This document shows, piece by piece, positions 60,579 to 64,000 of a stretch of 64,000 nucleotides of DNA. Numbering within the stretch: the first letter of the stretch is position 1; the number at the start of each line of letters is the position of its first letter. This DNA is from Pelagomonas calceolata. Its lineage: Eukaryota. Location: contig CAKKNE010000003.1 in assembly GCA_918797485.1 (NCBI GenBank), positions 868,001-932,000 of the forward strand, read 5' to 3'. Made by a program: the position numbers and the translations under genes. The notes below the pieces were generated by a model. It did no database searches and was not told where the DNA came from. It saw nothing but the letters and a program-made list of their open reading frames with translations.

Positions 60579-61775
60579 ATGGGCCGCGTCCACGCCCAGA
60601 AGCTCGGCGCCTACTGGCTGACAAGCGTCGGAAGCCTCGCGATGCAGTACTCCTTCAGCGTCATCTTCGTCGACCTGCTCGTGGCCTTCGATTCCACAAG
60701 AGCGGCCACCGCGGCGGTCGGTAGCCTCAGCGCGGGCTTGATGGACGGCTTCGGCGTGATCTCAGGGAGGGCCATCGCGCGCCGCGGCGAGGTCGTCTGC
60801 GGTTCACTCGGCGCGCTCCTGTCCGGCCTCGGGTTGATCGCGTCGAGCCAGTGTCAAACGCTCTGGCAGCTGTACGTGACGTACGGGATTGTTCTGGGCG
60901 TGGGCCAGTCCCTAGGGCTCTACAGCGGCGTGATTGCGTGCAACAAGTGGTTCCCCGAGAACACGGCGCTCGCGTCCGGCTTCGCTAATAGTGGAGCGGG
61001 CGTCGGGCCCTTCGCGATCCCGTTTCTGTGGGCCGCGCTTAAAAGAGAGACGGGTGGTTGGCGCGGGGCGCTGGCGGCGCTCGGGGCCATGGTCTTCGCC
61101 GTGCTCTTCGCCGGCGCGCTGGGCCTCGCGCCGCCGCCGCCATCGTCGGAGAAGCGCGCGCCCGTCTCTCCCATCGCGGTGAGCGCCGTGCCGGGCGTCC
61201 GGCGGCTCATGCGCACGACCTTTATTTTCGGGTTCGGCTTCTGGATTCCCGCGGTCCACATCGTGCGCTACGGCCTGGACCGCGACCTGTCGCGGCGGCG
61301 CGCGGAGAGCCTTTTGTTGTACCTGGGCGCCGGCGCGCTGACGATGCGGGTCCCCGTCGGCGCGCTGGCGGACCGATGTGGCAGGAGCCGCGTCTACAGC
61401 GCGGTCTGCCTCACGTACGCCGTGGCCCTCGCGCTCACGCCGGTCTGGGAGCGCTCCTACGAGGGGCTCGCCGTCTTTTCGTTCCTCTGCGGCTCCTGCA
61501 TCGGCTCGTTGCTGTCGCTCTCGGCGACGCTCGTCGTCGACGTGGCCGAAGTCAGCGACCCGGACGCGCTGGCTCGCGCCTCGGGCCTCATCTGCGCGTT
61601 TTTGGGTATAGGCGGGACGCTGGGCCCTGTGATTGCGGGCGCGTTCTACGATGCGTACGAGACGTACCTGCCGGGCTTTATTTTTGGTGCTTGCGCGCTC
61701 GCGCTCGCCGCGATTTCGGTGCACGTCGAGGCAAGGCCGCCCGACGAGGCCACTACCACGTCTGTTGTTGTCTAA
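60579..61775 (+). CDS. MFS transporter, monocarboxylate (MCT/SLC16)-like
   Basis: About 12 TM helices; YSFSVIF..L...F, LYVTYGIVLGVG, KWF...ALASG...GAGVG, G.LADR.G. Confidence 0.9.
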   Translation: MGRVHAQKLGAYWLTSVGSLAMQYSFSVIFVDLLVAFDSTRAATAAVGSLSAGLMDGFGVISGRAIARRGEVVCGSLGALLSGLGLIASSQCQTLWQLYVTYGIVLGVGQSLGLYSGVIACNKWFPENTALASGFANSGAGVGPFAIPFLWAALKRETGGWRGALAALGAMVFAVLFAGALGLAPPPPSSEKRAPVSPIAVSAVPGVRRLMRTTFIFGFGFWIPAVHIVRYGLDRDLSRRRAESLLLYLGAGALTMRVPVGALADRCGRSRVYSAVCLTYAVALALTPVWERSYEGLAVFSFLCGSCIGSLLSLSATLVVDVAEVSDPDALARASGLICAFLGIGGTLGPVIAGAFYDAYETYLPGFIFGACALALAAISVHVEARPPDEATTTSVVV

Positions 61776-61784
61776 AACACACTA

Positions 61785-62375
61785 CTAGTCCTTAAGCAGC
61801 ACGCGTTTCCCGTCTTCATCCAACTCGCGCCGCCGCCACTGCTCCGCGTCGACAACAGGATCGTACGTGACCTCGAGCACATGGTCCTCGGGCGTGTCGC
61901 GGGGCCCCGCTTGCGTCGACCGCGGTTTATGCCTCTCTGTAAGAATGGCCGGCTTTTCAATAATAGCGCCGGACCGCACCGCGACGCGGACGCGCGTGCC
62001 GTCATCTAGAAAGCGCCTAGCGACCCGTGTCGGCAAGTTCGTGACGGGGCAGACGAGATTGACGTTCGAGTAGTGAATCGACCGGGGCGCTTTCGTGGGT
62101 GTTTTTACCTTATCTTCATCACCCTTCGAGTAGAGCATGCGATCGCCCACATTGACATCTTCGACGATCAACCTATTGGTCGATCGCAGCACTTTCTGTA
62201 CGATACCCGACTGGCCCCGGTGCCTCCCGTTCACGACCACCACTTTGTCTCCCCGCAAGATGTTCCACCGGTTGATTTGTGGCGGCTGCTTGCTCTTCTT
62301 GGGCCGGGCCCAGGGGTAGCTCCGCAGGGGCTTCTGTTCGAGGAAGGAAGCGAGTCTGCTCGCGCGCGACGCCAT
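61785..62375 (-). CDS. MRPL24: Mitochondrial ribosomal protein uL24m
   Basis: RWNILRGDKVVVVNGRHRGQSG (KOW), IHYSNVNLVCP, GTRVRVAVRSGAII. Confidence 0.9.
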   Translation of the reverse strand: MASRASRLASFLEQKPLRSYPWARPKKSKQPPQINRWNILRGDKVVVVNGRHRGQSGIVQKVLRSTNRLIVEDVNVGDRMLYSKGDEDKVKTPTKAPRSIHYSNVNLVCPVTNLPTRVARRFLDDGTRVRVAVRSGAIIEKPAILTERHKPRSTQAGPRDTPEDHVLEVTYDPVVDAEQWRRRELDEDGKRVLLKD

Positions 62376-62552
62376 CGCTGCGACTGCGTGCGGTGGCAGC
62401 ACAGGCTGCAAACAGGGCTAGCGGTGCGACGCGCGCCTTTTTCGAGCGCGGGGCCGAATCTGGTCGACTGTGGCCTTTTTCTGTTTAATTTACAGAGCAA
62501 TGCAGTACACAGCGGCTTCACAAATTGCCCGTCCAAAGTAGGCTTGCCGCTT

Positions 62553-62575
62553 GCTAGTGTCTTACAGCCGCTAGC
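62553..62575 (+). promoter_or_regulatory. CTAG bipartite upstream motif (gctagtgtcttacagccgctagc)
   Basis: Between divergent starts 62375 and 62897. Confidence 0.7.
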
Positions 62576-62896
62576 TAAACGGCAACGGAGGGCTCTCCAA
62601 ACGCAAAACGACGTCTCTTTTCTTAGTCCGCTGTGACCAAGACCTCCGACGCGTCGCTCGCGGGTCCCTCACATTTCGAGCAAGCTTTGCGCGGCGCCGC
62701 ATCACAGCTCGACCTCCTGCTGCCGAACCAGTGCGCAGAACTGCTCGGCGCACCACATTTATTCGTGAGTCATCAGCAATTGGTCGAAACGCAGCCGCAG
62801 AGAGCCGCCTGTAGAGTTGTGGAGGCACCCCAGTTGGGAGCAGCTTAAAATCCCTTGGTGCGCGCGCGCATCACGAGCACTGCGGGGGCCGAAACG

Positions 62897-64000
62897 ATGA
62901 CGACGATGCGCGACCAGCAGAACGGCAAGACGAACAAGGCCATTCCCTTGATCCTAGAAAACGAGGGCCGCTACGAGGTGAGCGAAGAGGCCACGAAGCT
63001 CCTAGATGATTTACCGGCGCCCCTCGCCGTCGTCTCCATCGCGGGGCTGTGGCGCACGGGCAAGAGTTACTTACTGAATCAACTGAGCGGCGCCACCTGT
63101 GATAATGACAAAACCGGCTTCCAGGTCGGCGCGTCGGTAAATGCCTGTACCAAAGGTTTGTGGCTCTGGGGCGAGCCCGTGCGGCTGCCGGACGGGCTGA
63201 CGGTGCTGTTCATCGACACGGAGGGTCTGGGATCGACCTCGAGAACACAGACGGAGGACTCGCAGATCTTTTCCCTAGCTTTACTATTATCCTCATTATT
63301 CGTCTGGAACAGCCGAGGCGTCATCGACGGCAACGCCCTCGAAGATTTTGCGCTAGTAGTCAACTTAACGAAGCACATCCACGTGAGATCAGAAGCGGCG
63401 AAGAAAGCCCTCGAGGCTCATGATGCTAAAGGTGCCGAGAAGCACTTCGTGCATAGTGGCGGCGGCTTGAGCGCGGGCGCGTCGGCGGGCGCGGGGTCCG
63501 CGGGCCACGAGCTCGACGAGCTGGCGCAGCACTTTCCCGGCTTCCTCTGGGTCGTCCGCGACTTCACTTTGAAACTCGAAGACAACGGGCGGAGGATCAA
63601 CGACCGGCAGTACCTAGAAAACGCGCTAAAGCCCCAGCGGTCCTTCACGAGCGAGGCGGCGAGTCGGAATCAGATCCGGACGTTGCTCGGGTCATTTTTC
63701 AGAGAGCGCGACTGTGTGACGCTCGTGCGGCCGGCCGAGGACGAAGCTACCTTAAAAAAGTTGTCTCAAGTACCCGTCAGTTCATTACGGCCGGAGTTTC
63801 AAAGAGGATTGGCCAACCTCAAGGACAAGGTGTATGCTCAAACTAGAGCGAAGTCTGTCAATGGAAGAGCTCTCAGTGGCGCGATGCTCGCGACGCTGGC
63901 GAAAACTTATGCTGATGCGTTAAATGCCGGAGGTGTCCCTACGATCTCGACGGCCTGGGACCGCGTCCTCCAATCCCAAGCGGCGGAAGCGGTCGGTAAG
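62897..64000 (+). CDS. Guanylate-binding protein (GBP/atlastin family GTPase), runs off the window
   Basis: Manual translation: VVSIAGLWRTGKSYLLN (P-loop), CTKGLWLW, FIDTEGLG, FPGFLWVVRDF, RDCVTLVRP. Absent from the ORF track because there is no stop in the window. Confidence 0.93.
   Translation, partial: MTTMRDQQNGKTNKAIPLILENEGRYEVSEEATKLLDDLPAPLAVVSIAGLWRTGKSYLLNQLSGATCDNDKTGFQVGASVNACTKGLWLWGEPVRLPDGLTVLFIDTEGLGSTSRTQTEDSQIFSLALLLSSLFVWNSRGVIDGNALEDFALVVNLTKHIHVRSEAAKKALEAHDAKGAEKHFVHSGGGLSAGASAGAGSAGHELDELAQHFPGFLWVVRDFTLKLEDNGRRINDRQYLENALKPQRSFTSEAASRNQIRTLLGSFFRERDCVTLVRPAEDEATLKKLSQVPVSSLRPEFQRGLANLKDKVYAQTRAKSVNGRALSGAMLATLAKTYADALNAGGVPTISTAWDRVLQSQAAEAVGK

Noticed and set aside
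9130..62575. CTAG element as a CRISPR repeat or MITE
   Set aside because: Copies are kilobases apart, variable in spacer, and lack TSDs or shared flanks; no cas genes; eukaryotic context.
1..64000. Many long antisense or alternate-frame ORFs (e.g. 852-1817, 2399-3250, 46252-47079, 60912-61724)
   Set aside because: Shadow ORFs expected at high GC; Arg/Ser/Pro-rich, without domains, and overlapping well-supported genes.

Overview
Gene-dense, GC-rich, nearly intron-free eukaryotic nuclear DNA, most likely from a pelagophyte alga (Pelagomonas/Aureococcus-like). This assignment is inferred from bipartite plastid-targeting N-termini, introner-type introns, flagellar genes and very short intergenic spacers. 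About 38 protein-coding loci are supported, including GCLC-type glutamate-cysteine ligase, VPS41, YbeY, DNAAF3, SPEF2, PDCD5, neuroguidin, uL24m, a GBP GTPase, HEATR6-like and an MFS/MCT transporter. No rRNA, tRNA or CRISPR array was seen. Main observations: (1) a conserved bipartite motif, TTGCTAGTGTCTTAC-N(few)-GCTAGC, sits once in most upstream or divergent intergenic regions, about 60-320 bp from start codons, and is a candidate lineage-specific bidirectional promoter element; (2) three dispersed copies of an intronless MYND-RINGv-TPR family are each in a different state (5'-truncated, internally duplicated chimera, interrupted by an insertion with a 14-bp TSD), suggesting a fast-turnover E3-ligase/recognition system; (3) introner elements retain TIRs and 8-bp TSDs, and their internal motif ACGCCRTCGMCGCG recurs in 3' flanks; (4) a small membrane-anchor ORF is separated from a glycosyltransferase-like ORF by a single in-frame TAA; (5) an HSA protein carries a degenerate SNF2 helicase lobe.
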